64,000 nt of DNA from an uncultured virus (IMG/VR IMGVR_UViG_3300024264_000021). Lineage: Duplodnaviria > Heunggongvirae > Uroviricota > Caudoviricetes. Position 1 is the stretch's first letter; each line of letters starts with the position of its first letter. Below the pieces are notes generated by a model, which worked only from the letters and a program-made list of their open reading frames with translations, did not search any database and was not told where the DNA came from. The DNA lies in IMG/VR virus record IMGVR_UViG_3300024264_000021, positions 1 through 64,000 of that record; one strand, 5' to 3'. Both the position numbers and the translations under genes were made by a program. Of this stretch, positions 9,701-17,987 are shown piece after piece.

Positions 9701-11712
9701 TCTTAGATGCTACACAAGATATTGATTTTGAATTTGAAATTAAAAACGAAAATTTAATACTTGATAGACATAAAACATTTTCATTAAGTGATATTATAGG
9801 ACCCTGGACAGATAATACTCTCTTTGGTTTCTATAGACCTTTACAATTAAAGTATTATAATTTAAGTGATATTCCTACTGTAAGAGTTCATTCTGAGCCT
9901 GAAATTACATATAATCCAATTGTTCTTGCAAATACAGAAATAGTTTCGTTCACAACATTATATGGAAACACGGCATTTGCGGACGCAACTCATGATGTAA
10001 CATTTGAATATGGATTTGAAGATGATACTATAATAGTTGATAGAAACAAAACTTTTGCAGAAGATAGAGTCATTAGTAGATGGGTGGATACAAAATTTTC
10101 TTTAGATATGATACCTAAGATTTTTGTGGATTTTGAAAGTGAGACTGTACCAACGGCTACTGTACTGAATGAACCAGAAATAACATACAATCCAAAAGTA
10201 CCTATTGATGTGAATATAGTTCCGTTTACAACATTATACGGTAACACAGCATTTGCAGATGCAACTACAGATATTTACTCTGTAATTGATGAATACGAAC
10301 ATAATCCCAAATTACTTGACAGAAATGTCACATTAAGTTATGAAGATAGAATTACTTCATACTTTAATAATTTTGTTGATGACTATTTACCGTTTAAACT
10401 CGTTCCTTATAATTTAGATTATATTCCAACAGTTTCTGTTCTAAATGAATTAGAATTCACATATAATCCTACTTTAGATTTAATACATACTGCAATTACA
10501 TCAAGTACTACTGTATATGATAAGCAAGCAACTATTTTAGATAATACAATAGCAACAGAAGAAGTTGTTCTTGAATTTGAAAATCTTGTAGAATTTATTT
10601 CTGATAAATCTAAAATTGGAAGAAAAGATTTTATTATTAATAAACAAAATGAAATTATTGGTAATTATTTAAATAGTCAAATAGCCGAACACACATATGA
10701 TACTGTGAAGACTGTAGATGTAGGTTTGACAAACAATGATGAAATAGAATATGTCATTATATCTGATATGGAAGAATTAACTAGTGATGAAATATCTATA
10801 TTGTATAATGATAAGCATACTTTCATAGATTCTACATCTTTTATGGACTCTACAGAAATTGAATTTTTTAGTGAATCTTATGTCTATAATGAAAATAGTG
10901 CAATATCGCTAAATGATAGAATAACAGAATCCTTTTTAGAAAAGCAAATAAGACCAAAAGTTCTTACTAAATTAAGATATGATATTATTAATACAATACC
11001 TATTGTATCTCCAAAAACTCAATATTCTATCACAACTGTTGATATACAAGATGGAAAATCTAAATTTAAAGAAACTGTATCAAATATTATTGGTACTGAA
11101 AAGATCCTTGATGGTACTATAGAATTAATTCAAAATGAAAATCTAACAAAAATATTTAATGAAATTGAAGATAGAAATTTTTTATTTCAATTAGATAAAA
11201 AAGTTGATACTTTTTTAAAAGAAGAAATAACAGAAAAAGTTCCTTTAAAATTAAAATATTATATTTTAGAATCTAATATACCTACAGTTCAAGCAGAATT
11301 ATTTGCAAAAGAAATTTTTGATTATTCATTTTCAACAACTCCAGATGATATATCTTTAGTAGATTTTGAGAAAATTTTAAGTTTTGATTCAGAAGGAAAT
11401 ATAAATAACACCTTTGGATTTAAAGAGAGTCAAATAAACACTATAAATAATGGAATAACGAATGATAATTTTTTATTAAATACTGTGATTGGACCTTTTA
11501 CTGATGACTATATAAGATTTGAAATTGAAAAACATTTAAAAAGAAAAGGTGATGATAAACAGACGTATTTACATGCCACATTAAAAATGAATTATACTGT
11601 GAGTGAGGTTTATACTTGGAATATTAGTGCGCTAAATACATTTGAAACAGAATATAATGATCCGAACATAAATAGAAAAGAGTTTTTAGAGACTGTACGA
11701 ATTGAAGTTTAA
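3727..11712 (+). CDS. gp7: Very large T4 gp7-like baseplate wedge initiator with Hint-like insertion and C-terminal repeats
   Basis: N-terminal P.YF.E.YP.FVKFIEEYYNFLE, YYK.K.TE.SY..FFRIFF, YYPK.DILRLSD and YIHDGYYYQNYSYEIR...LHPAG motifs; lies between gp6 and gp8. Confidence 0.85.
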   Translation: MTTPKELVESHIPNYFLEQYPHFVKFIEEYYNFLESSVILLTDNKKLSVGDIIYGSLSKAKAIVKIVTKDRVYFDYETETNNFYRNELLVNGISGEIYFIKKLYKNIHQYAQDIEENTNYETALTVFQKYFKKNVSLDHSIFRRLDPNILTKKILDYYKNKDTENSYYWFFRIFFDDIIELYYPKVDILRLSDSGYYEQNLIQIEYNSSISKFNQTRIYAPKSKASAICRDIITKNQNNTTKAFLDLVYINGTFKENEIIVGYDITTGLEAVKGVIKNSITGLKITDGGIGHKVGDMFNYGDGRAEITKLKKHSITNIKINDPGLCYRVGDPIVFDNAFTNVEYTASAYVSEIEVNPTLTTYFNSFYNILKNRPVSFYEDETLLDEVYENSILFRDATPLKELPSDVVTDFQMGGIKEITFDDSGLGYEFAPPVVAKNPLPQAELLNYFDVIFDNNEANTAYIQNDTLVYMKGGTSTPGDFNEAICIGDVTLDADEEQIYLSDLDILSEDVEVKRFITLRSVKDLETDTFVEIELGQNERFDNNQIKLDTTLNDFSEIGLPFGTTLNLEIKDLIKINPLANSAKLESVLGDGVAQIKTLQMGLMTKSDDVFEFIHNPEERVFNQDDIAHGLKSEYEYEEGLFIDSFDSFLDNRSKLSSNKYIHDGYYYQNYSYEIRTKIPASLIEPLLLDELHPAGFLHFIRNKFELELDFRIKTHELHEIEIDSRGYIIAEIFEHIEVERLNFADATIGDVINQIELENEFIHNEEIATSEYPEIEVNAIAPIFEGFRFFIEDIISKPSENSFRDFDDYGKTNEKNSIITDTRLYDGIVAVQSFVKIINVEDEANWIADVIGYRKNAIGSLDADRTIYNFRVRVERVFEHVPDIAKGGYIVVRDPFTDLYEPRFSSDLQQFSNAEIEFSDTERNEYLPLVSGNTLSGKGSYLPNAEILTRDYGWVTFENLEPYMHVANVKEDGVIVWQLPDSIATREYNGIMHQYTDHSSVSITVSPDQELALVTSNKIIKGRKLSSKTKPPTELDFLAVPDETLAGTGKRAIMELRDIDKEIDKIEVPYTGLLYCLTLKNNQDTIKVPFEVDEGILEVISWQSFIENNYTLPKVTKIEKTFINVDYENVAIDLESYSIMQPRSNTIIFDYNTVDSTPYPIVNPSEIFFLTSAETQPTTQPSPQGPLTVEPLRTTFQNSDVITDEVDVVLTLAYQQEFKTVLDTFEHKLTERPTTFTSFSINIKDFLFFESTSTLSNDSFTDTAIRSVTDVPLHVVINIDEQILPLSIQSSDEENNSAVFLNIESTAAKFDIQPAMDKPKNRISTLSFENRIPAIRGKIPKIFREAILINSDDDKKITQISIADIETVLCPDHQFEPKAKVVILNFFEEFEKNRVSSLILLGSINAHPGTESGLPSVEVEDDKILNYHHIDSLQLKEPDLRYVITRLNFADSSSDTDPVIYYTFVNSTNKSAYGIKPSSYFDSDELTFDSYDNFTFDEDSLLPERKLFQESENFNVDTLVTFENIEDLDNLKPIYNEDNFIIWSTIVANDVNSGDIDFMSVHVNHINNFAFEPFSLDPSLPSKSIQQDFTVIPPPVHKFVGISESGFDPLSTLVSGGDNPAVTDVTPLETDVNRKIFVDVLNRNLFFNFDEKIVDYKNNFIVYNLHKKYKPYLGDTMPATSALSEPFLYTSPKSKDLSTVLDKETIYFANTVILDSSTEVISKTDIENHFEIEDRRKYITLDTQFENWKRQFIAGYLPVKFSDYVLDKIPSAFIQDAIIISKRTANEDVSPLVHPNSIFSDAAPPAIYFELELAEAQTEIKIPIIIEDRNKYVDLGDIILPWTPILIKDYSRIKMDDYILDKLPSVRIDGTYIRNERQSNTELLTNFELFSSLYGNTTFLDSSFDIMGEIEEDIENNIIDRNKLIIRSDYIYPYEFTIIEHFMRPWVIREYSQDTLPSVTAYLEVVPITDYVENMEVINIDNRILTGNTTFLDATQDIDFEFEIKNENLILDRHKTFSLSDIIGPWTDNTLFGFYRPLQLKYYNLSDIPTVRVHSEPEITYNPIVLANTEIVSFTTLYGNTAFADATHDVTFEYGFEDDTIIVDRNKTFAEDRVISRWVDTKFSLDMIPKIFVDFESETVPTATVLNEPEITYNPKVPIDVNIVPFTTLYGNTAFADATTDIYSVIDEYEHNPKLLDRNVTLSYEDRITSYFNNFVDDYLPFKLVPYNLDYIPTVSVLNELEFTYNPTLDLIHTAITSSTTVYDKQATILDNTIATEEVVLEFENLVEFISDKSKIGRKDFIINKQNEIIGNYLNSQIAEHTYDTVKTVDVGLTNNDEIEYVIISDMEELTSDEISILYNDKHTFIDSTSFMDSTEIEFFSESYVYNENSAISLNDRITESFLEKQIRPKVLTKLRYDIINTIPIVSPKTQYSITTVDIQDGKSKFKETVSNIIGTEKILDGTIELIQNENLTKIFNEIEDRNFLFQLDKKVDTFLKEEITEKVPLKLKYYILESNIPTVQAELFAKEIFDYSFSTTPDDISLVDFEKILSFDSEGNINNTFGFKESQINTINNGITNDNFLLNTVIGPFTDDYIRFEIEKHLKRKGDDKQTYLHATLKMNYTVSEVYTWNISALNTFETEYNDPNINRKEFLETVRIEV
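6547..7038 (+). other. Intein-like Hint domain (about 164 aa, aa 941-1104) inside gp7
   Basis: SYLPNAEILTRDYGWVTFENL (block A-like), YNGIMHQY..SITVSPDQEL (block B-like), EVPYTGLLYCLTL (block F-like), ends ..VISWQ|S. Confidence 0.7.
7229..7328 (+). other. Candidate -1 frameshift / slippage cassette in gp7
   Basis: T10 run at 7229-7238 containing in-frame U-UUU-UUA; GC-rich 7240-7320; -1 frame open for 28 codons, then TAG TGA at 7323-7328. Confidence 0.55.
8830..11400 (+). repeat. About nine degenerate ~92-aa tandem protein repeats in the gp7 C-terminal half
   Basis: GNT(T/A)F.D motifs start at 9412, 9688, 9964 and 10240 (exact 276-nt period); DR(N/H)K motifs at 9211, 9487, 9763, 10039; boundaries approximate. 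Confidence 0.85.
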
Positions 11713-11740
11713 TTAAGAAAATTTAAATAGGAGAAAAAAT

Positions 11741-14080
11741 ATGCCCGCACTAGTGCATAATACTTTTCGTGTTAGTAATGCAAAACAATTTAAAGAAAGT
11801 TTTGAAGAAAAATCAGAACATGGTGTTGGTGGATATATACGAATAGAAGACATGACTCCTGGACTAGATGGTGATTTGAGTGTCACATCTGCTCCTTCAG
11901 TTAATAACCTAAATGCTATACCTTACTATGCATTGGATGACCAAATGTATTTGTTTATAGGTAGAGTATCTCCGTGGAATCCTTCTGATACACCGGATGG
12001 TTCTATTGATCCGAATTTAAACGAAAACAATCCTCCATTTCCAGTTGATAGTGTAAAAGATTCACACTTTAATCACTGGGATGATATGATTGCTGCTAAG
12101 AAAGTTTCCGATAGCGAAGTATCACACGTTATTAAGCGTGAAAGAACTATAGAGATCCAATCAGGCCTTAGGAACTGGACTTTGGGTACAAGATATGATG
12201 GTTACGATGACCGTTCTGCTTTCTTATTTTATGATGACATGTTGGTTCACACTGTGAATAGAAGATTTAGAATTTACAAGTGTTTAAAGCAAGGTGTTGG
12301 TAAGTTTAGAAAAGTTGAAAATTTCAATGGTGTTAACGGCAATACTGTTTACCTGTGGGATCACAAATCATATCAAGAACCTTTAAACTTTGTAACTGAT
12401 GGTGGCATCAGTGAAGATTATATGGTTTTGGGTGATGACGATAATGACGGATATCAATGGAAATATTACTATACTATTGATGCTGGAGAAGCATTAAAAT
12501 TTGTTACCACTTCTTATATTCCGGTAAGAAGAATACGTAAAGAAAATGGAACAATTGAAAATGATTTCTCAGATCAATATACAATTGAAACAACTGCTAT
12601 TCCAGGCGGTATCTTAAATGTTACAGTAGATAAGTATGCAGTTGAAACCAATGATTCAACTGTTGAGGGATATGAAATGCAGGGTGGAGATGGATATTAT
12701 CAATTTGGTTCAAGTTCTGCACAAGTAAATTACGATGATTCTCAAAATTCATTGACATTCCAAATAGTATGGAATACTGTTAACAATTGTGATTTTCCAG
12801 ATCCAGAAGCAGGAACAAATGCTGGACTAGATTTAAGTTCTAACACTCACTACAATATGTTTAGTTTTGCAAATAATTTAAGTCATGCTGGCGGAACATG
12901 GACGGCCACTCCTGATGCAGGACTAGTAGCCATGGGTCATAAAGGATTAGATACTTGGTTAGATTATGGTGTTGTAATTAAATCTTCTACTGATAGTACT
13001 CTAAATGGAGATGCATTCAAAAGATATGTATTCCCAATCAGCGGTGTACAATTAACAAGTGGTTCTGACTTTACAGATGGCACAATTGAATTTACAATTG
13101 ATTCTACAACCATAGAAAGTTTGATAGGAACAAGTGTTACTGGTGTTGCCGGTCTTCCTGCAGCAACACAGATAGTAAATGAGGATGCTGTAGTTGAAAT
13201 TCATCCAAGAGTAAAAATTGAAGCGAATCATCAAAGTACTACGACAACAGATCCTATTGATGGATTTAATGCATATGGAATTGTTGAACCATTGTTTAAT
13301 ACAACAACACCTGGATATCATAGAGAACGACCGGGTAGAGTACTTGATGTAAGAGTAACAAATCCTGGTAAATATCATTATCGTGTAGATAGTGCTATGG
13401 TTACTGGTACTGCAAATAATTATTCTACCGCTACAGTACATGCACATATTCCACCCGTAGGAGGACATGGATTTGATGCTGTAGAAGAATTAGGTGGTCA
13501 TAATGTTATGATTAATGCTAGATTTGAAGGTACAGAATCTGATGAATTTACAGTTGGTAACGAATTCAGAAAGATTGGTATTCTTAAAAATCCAAGAACC
13601 TATTCTTCAGATCAAACAAGACTCTGGATGAATCCAAGTGCATATACAGAATTGTTTAGAGGTTATAAAACTGACCAATGTTATAGAATTAATTTAACAT
13701 CTGCTTCTTTAGGAAGTTTGAATGGTAATACATTAAACTTTGAACCTGATATGGATGTAGGAATTTATGCAAATTCAACAGGTCTATTAGTTGCTACTGC
13801 TAGAATTGTAGATCATGATGTATTCTCTAAGAGAATCCGTGTAATTAAGCCAAGAAAAGATTTTGGTACACTTTTAGCAAGTGGTGATTTTAAAATTAAA
13901 TCACTAGGTTATCATTCTGCTGATGCTCAAAATGTAGAGGCATTTACTGTTACTACTAATACAGCAAATACACCAGGCATGTTACCTGGTTCTGGTAAAA
14001 TTCTTTACGTTGAGAACAGAAGTATGGTATCTCGTTCACAAAATCAAACTGAAGACTTGAAGATTAGTATTCAGTTCTGA
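11741..14080 (+). CDS. gp8: T4-like baseplate wedge subunit gp8, enlarged
   Basis: FRV.NAKQF.ESF, YLFIGR..PW, WDDMIAAKKV, YKCL, DGYQWKYYYTI, PP.GGHG.DA.EELG and SGKILYVENR....RS..QTEDLKI.IQF motifs. Confidence 0.9.
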   Translation: MPALVHNTFRVSNAKQFKESFEEKSEHGVGGYIRIEDMTPGLDGDLSVTSAPSVNNLNAIPYYALDDQMYLFIGRVSPWNPSDTPDGSIDPNLNENNPPFPVDSVKDSHFNHWDDMIAAKKVSDSEVSHVIKRERTIEIQSGLRNWTLGTRYDGYDDRSAFLFYDDMLVHTVNRRFRIYKCLKQGVGKFRKVENFNGVNGNTVYLWDHKSYQEPLNFVTDGGISEDYMVLGDDDNDGYQWKYYYTIDAGEALKFVTTSYIPVRRIRKENGTIENDFSDQYTIETTAIPGGILNVTVDKYAVETNDSTVEGYEMQGGDGYYQFGSSSAQVNYDDSQNSLTFQIVWNTVNNCDFPDPEAGTNAGLDLSSNTHYNMFSFANNLSHAGGTWTATPDAGLVAMGHKGLDTWLDYGVVIKSSTDSTLNGDAFKRYVFPISGVQLTSGSDFTDGTIEFTIDSTTIESLIGTSVTGVAGLPAATQIVNEDAVVEIHPRVKIEANHQSTTTTDPIDGFNAYGIVEPLFNTTTPGYHRERPGRVLDVRVTNPGKYHYRVDSAMVTGTANNYSTATVHAHIPPVGGHGFDAVEELGGHNVMINARFEGTESDEFTVGNEFRKIGILKNPRTYSSDQTRLWMNPSAYTELFRGYKTDQCYRINLTSASLGSLNGNTLNFEPDMDVGIYANSTGLLVATARIVDHDVFSKRIRVIKPRKDFGTLLASGDFKIKSLGYHSADAQNVEAFTVTTNTANTPGMLPGSGKILYVENRSMVSRSQNQTEDLKISIQF

Positions 14081-14101
14081 TAGTGCAAACGCTGTTTAAA
14101 T

Positions 14102-14136
14102 AAAAAAAGCCGAGGTGTAAAAACCTCGGCTTTTTT
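14102..14136. terminator. Bidirectional rho-independent terminator between convergent genes
   Basis: A7-GCCGAGGT-gtaaaa-ACCTCGGC-T6. Confidence 0.92.
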
Positions 14137-14155
14137 GTTATTCACCTGTGAATTA

Positions 14156-17059
14156 TTATTTTACCATAACCGTGCTATACCACTGATTGTCTAGATAAAC
14201 AGCATCAATATCGTAAGTATTATAAGTGTTTGCTACTTGCATTTCTAAATTACCAGACATATTCATTGAAGAGACTGTATTTCCATTTATCACTATATTG
14301 CTTAAAGTATAAGGTGTTGTATTTTGCAACACATGCACTTTTGCATGAACCGTTACACCTTCCAACTCAGACACTCGATTTACTATTAAGAAAAAATCAC
14401 CATATGGTTTTTTGAAAACAACATTATCAGTTTCATGATAATCAATAGTTGCATTTAAATCATCAGTTAAAACTTCAGAAGCATTTTTACCAGGAGTTTC
14501 TGAATATATGATTTCATCATAATCATTAATATTATAATAATAGCTATTGTTTCCATTACTATCTACTTCAGGAGGTAGTAATGTACCTACATCAGATGTT
14601 TCATATCCTGCAAAAGTGTTTAGATAACTTAAATGGTCATTTAATGTTAATTCTGATAGAGTAGTTTTTGCTGGATTATAATTAAATGTTGTATTCACAT
14701 ATGCAATCGCATTAGGTCCGTTACCTCCCAACGAAGAAATTATAAATGGTACTGCATTGACATCTCTTTTAAGATATTTTACAACACCTGAAGAGGCATC
14801 CAATTTTATGTTATCACCAATCCACAATGTAGCTGAAGATAAAAATAAATCTTTAAACTTATTAGCAGGCGAACCTAGACTGTATATTGAATCTACTGTA
14901 GGTACAATATCTCCGGATATGTCTGTTTTACCTAAAGTTTTATTTGTTAATGTTTGAGTGGCTGTATTACCAATTAATTCCTGATTTCCAAAATCAGGAA
15001 ACACTAGTGTATTTGCAGTTGCTTTATTAACAATATAATTTATCTTTGCATAATCAGAGTCAATATGATCACTTACAACATTACTTGTTGTTATGATTGG
15101 ATTGCTTATTGCATTTATACTACCATCTTCAATTTTTAATTGAATATTACCATTCGCAAATATTGCAGTTGTTGTAGAAGAAATAGTTTCACCTGCGGGA
15201 GATGCTCCTCTATCACCGAATAATATGCCTGTGCTTGTTGCATCTTTTTCATTATATGCTTCAATAGCTGAAGTATAAACATATGGAGTAACAATTGATC
15301 CCTGTAATCTCTCAGAAGATGTATTTTGTGAAATAGAGTCTAGATAATTTAAATTATTGACACTTATAAATTGACAAAAAACATTATCAACTTCTATTTC
15401 TCTAAAATAAGCAGCAATAGAACCATTAGTCAATCCATTTTCTATTGCTGCTGTTGTAGCAATAGAATAGCTGTTAATATTTGCAGTTGTAAAAGAATCA
15501 AAAATTCCATTTACAGTTACACCATTTTCAAGAGTTAATGATGTAAATTTAGAATCAATTGGTATTTGACCATCTGTTAATAAATTGTATACAGCATTCG
15601 CAGTAACTAAAGTATTGTCATCAATAGTTGAAAAGTCTGTAGATATAGAATTTATTGATACATTAGGATCACCACCAGGAAATTGAAGTGTATTTGCTGA
15701 GAGTGGTACTGAAGGTAATGTCGTATTATTACCTGATATCAAATCATAAATGGCTACTGTTGTTGCTAAAGTATTTTGATTTATATTTGTATTGTTTATT
15801 GCACTAACAACATTAGTTACAGTGTTTCCATTTAATATAAATGTTTGTGTTTCTGTACTATTAAACACTGAATTTATAGAAACATCACCATCTGTTATAA
15901 GATTATAAATTGCATTTGATGTTACTAAAGTTTCATCATTTATTGTTGAAAAATCTGTGTGAACATTATTAACTACTAAATCATCAAAAATCATTGTTTG
16001 CATATCTACTACATTTGCAGTGATATAATTAGCAGTTAGGTTATTTATTGATAGTGTGTTTGTAACATTAATATTATTTGCAATTAATAATACATCAACA
16101 TTTGCAGTATTTGCGTGTATATCATCAGCAGTTAGGCTTTCGGTAAAATTACCTGTATTCGCTATAAGATTTATTGTATGTGTTCCACTAGTGAGAACAT
16201 TAAAAATTCTATCGTTAACGGCTTTTGTAGTTGGTAATAAATCATTATTAATAAACATAAAATTGTGTACAATATCCGTCACTTTATTGCCAGATGATAA
16301 TTCTAAGCTTACACCTTCTAGTGTAGTGATATTATTATCTGGTCCACCAACTAGATTATATACAGCAAGTGCTGTTACTAAACTTGTATCATCAGGTGGT
16401 GTATTTGTAAAGTTAGTAACAATTTTATCAATATTAGGACCACTTCCTAATTTTAAGTTATTAAACACTGTATTTAAACTTATTGCTCCATCAGTAAGTA
16501 AATTGTATACAGCATTTGTTGTAGCAACAGTATTACTATCAATAGTACTAAAATCATCTGCTATTGCATTAATAACAAGACCGGTACCAAATTGAAGTGT
16601 GTCTGTATTAAATGCAATAGGTACAGTTCTGATTCCGTTTAATAAATTATAAACTGCATTTGAAGTTACTAGAGTTTTGTTATCTAATGGACCGAAAGAT
16701 GTGGAAATAGTATTTACATATAATCCACTTGTTCCAAAAGTTAATGTCTTGGCTTTTACAGGAACAATTACTGAAGTTGCGCCCGAAACTAAATCATATA
16801 CAGATTTAGTTGTACATAAAGACGTATCATTATTTTGTGTAAAATCTGTTCTGATTTCTTGTATTACAGGTCCAGATTTTAGCTGTAAATCAAAGACTTT
16901 TAACTCATTAAATTCTAGCGAACCGTTAGCATCGTATCTTGTTAATGTATTTGGTGTGCCATTTGCTGTTGAATTATTATTTTCAGCTATAACATCATTT
17001 ATTGTATTCAACCATTCGCCAAATGTATTAGCTAATAATAATTGGGGAATATAACTCAT
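14156..17059 (-). CDS. Tail fibre / virion structural protein with internal repeats
   Basis: N-terminal ANTFGEW...IN; nine copies of a (T)DF..I...TLVT.NAVYNL-type repeat; TQTLTNKTL and GDIVP..DS.YSLGS...KFKDLFLS fibre-type motifs; Asn/Thr rich. Confidence 0.75.
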   Translation of the reverse strand: MSYIPQLLLANTFGEWLNTINDVIAENNNSTANGTPNTLTRYDANGSLEFNELKVFDLQLKSGPVIQEIRTDFTQNNDTSLCTTKSVYDLVSGATSVIVPVKAKTLTFGTSGLYVNTISTSFGPLDNKTLVTSNAVYNLLNGIRTVPIAFNTDTLQFGTGLVINAIADDFSTIDSNTVATTNAVYNLLTDGAISLNTVFNNLKLGSGPNIDKIVTNFTNTPPDDTSLVTALAVYNLVGGPDNNITTLEGVSLELSSGNKVTDIVHNFMFINNDLLPTTKAVNDRIFNVLTSGTHTINLIANTGNFTESLTADDIHANTANVDVLLIANNINVTNTLSINNLTANYITANVVDMQTMIFDDLVVNNVHTDFSTINDETLVTSNAIYNLITDGDVSINSVFNSTETQTFILNGNTVTNVVSAINNTNINQNTLATTVAIYDLISGNNTTLPSVPLSANTLQFPGGDPNVSINSISTDFSTIDDNTLVTANAVYNLLTDGQIPIDSKFTSLTLENGVTVNGIFDSFTTANINSYSIATTAAIENGLTNGSIAAYFREIEVDNVFCQFISVNNLNYLDSISQNTSSERLQGSIVTPYVYTSAIEAYNEKDATSTGILFGDRGASPAGETISSTTTAIFANGNIQLKIEDGSINAISNPIITTSNVVSDHIDSDYAKINYIVNKATANTLVFPDFGNQELIGNTATQTLTNKTLGKTDISGDIVPTVDSIYSLGSPANKFKDLFLSSATLWIGDNIKLDASSGVVKYLKRDVNAVPFIISSLGGNGPNAIAYVNTTFNYNPAKTTLSELTLNDHLSYLNTFAGYETSDVGTLLPPEVDSNGNNSYYYNINDYDEIIYSETPGKNASEVLTDDLNATIDYHETDNVVFKKPYGDFFLIVNRVSELEGVTVHAKVHVLQNTTPYTLSNIVINGNTVSSMNMSGNLEMQVANTYNTYDIDAVYLDNQWYSTVMVK

Positions 17060-17116
17060 AGTTGCCTAAAAAATTCTTTTGTTTAAATATTTCAAATACG
17101 ATAGAAGTGTTTTATT

Positions 17117-17124
17117 TATTTATA
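17117..17124 (-). promoter_or_regulatory. T4-type late promoter TATAAATA
   Basis: Exact consensus 58 nt upstream of the fibre gene start; gp55 is encoded in the window. Confidence 0.65.
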
Positions 17125-17243
17125 TCACTCAATATATGAGAGGTGTAAATTATTTTTTTATTTTTTTAAATGTTTTGCTATAACTAAGCTTATCTTGATT
17201 ATAAAAATTAACTGGTGTCTAATATAAAGCTTCAGGTAATGTG

Positions 17244-17681
17244 TTATTTTCTTATGCGCCTGTATCTACACCAATCAATGTTTTCTTCATAAGGTAATGC
17301 GTAATTGTTTTGAATCATATATTCCGCAATTGATTTACCATCAACATAAACATCAGCAACTACTCTAAAGTATTTTCCTCTTTCCACATTTTTAATTTCA
17401 ATTGTTGTCGCTTTGTTCATTAGAAAGTTAATGAATTCCTTTGCCTTTTTTGCTAGAACCTTTTCATTTTCACATTTGCCACGTATTTCTGGTGTATCAA
17501 TACCACGTATTCTTATTGAAAGACCTTTACCAAAAACATCTGGCACATCTGGTATATCAAACTTACAAGTGTCACCATCATAGCAACTTTTGAATATAGG
17601 AAATTCTAAATCTTCTGCATATGAAATATTAGTAATTATTAATAAACAAAATACTAAAAATAAACTCAAAAGATGTTTCAT
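17244..17681 (-). CDS. Thermonuclease (SNase-like) with signal peptide
   Basis: YDGDT, IRIRGIDTPE and GKYFRVVADVYVDG motifs; hydrophobic N-terminus ending SYA. Confidence 0.9.
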   Translation of the reverse strand: MKHLLSLFLVFCLLIITNISYAEDLEFPIFKSCYDGDTCKFDIPDVPDVFGKGLSIRIRGIDTPEIRGKCENEKVLAKKAKEFINFLMNKATTIEIKNVERGKYFRVVADVYVDGKSIAEYMIQNNYALPYEENIDWCRYRRIRK

Positions 17682-17947
17682 TGTTTTTCACTTTTTTTAA
17701 ATTTTTCGTTTTCGGGGGGTTTTATGATAGTAAATTCATTAGAATTTCTGGCGCCTAATATCATACCTTTAGCATTAGCTTTTATAAGTTTTGTTCTCTC
17801 ATTGGGACTCATTTGTCTACAAAACTGCATTGCTGCTTCTAAAGCATCATTTTTAGATTTAAACAAATATCCTTCATAAAGTTCATCCTCACTTTCATAA
17901 AATAATACTCGCCAACTATTATATTCGTTTAACTTATTTTCACTCAT
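17678..17947 (-). CDS. Hypothetical protein
   Basis: 89-aa ORF, ATGA-coupled to the thermonuclease gene. Confidence 0.65.
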   Translation of the reverse strand: MSENKLNEYNSWRVLFYESEDELYEGYLFKSKNDALEAAMQFCRQMSPNERTKLIKANAKGMILGARNSNEFTIIKPPENEKFKKSEKQ

Positions 17948-17987
17948 AACTCTTATTACCTACATTAGTTTTTATTGGCATATAATT

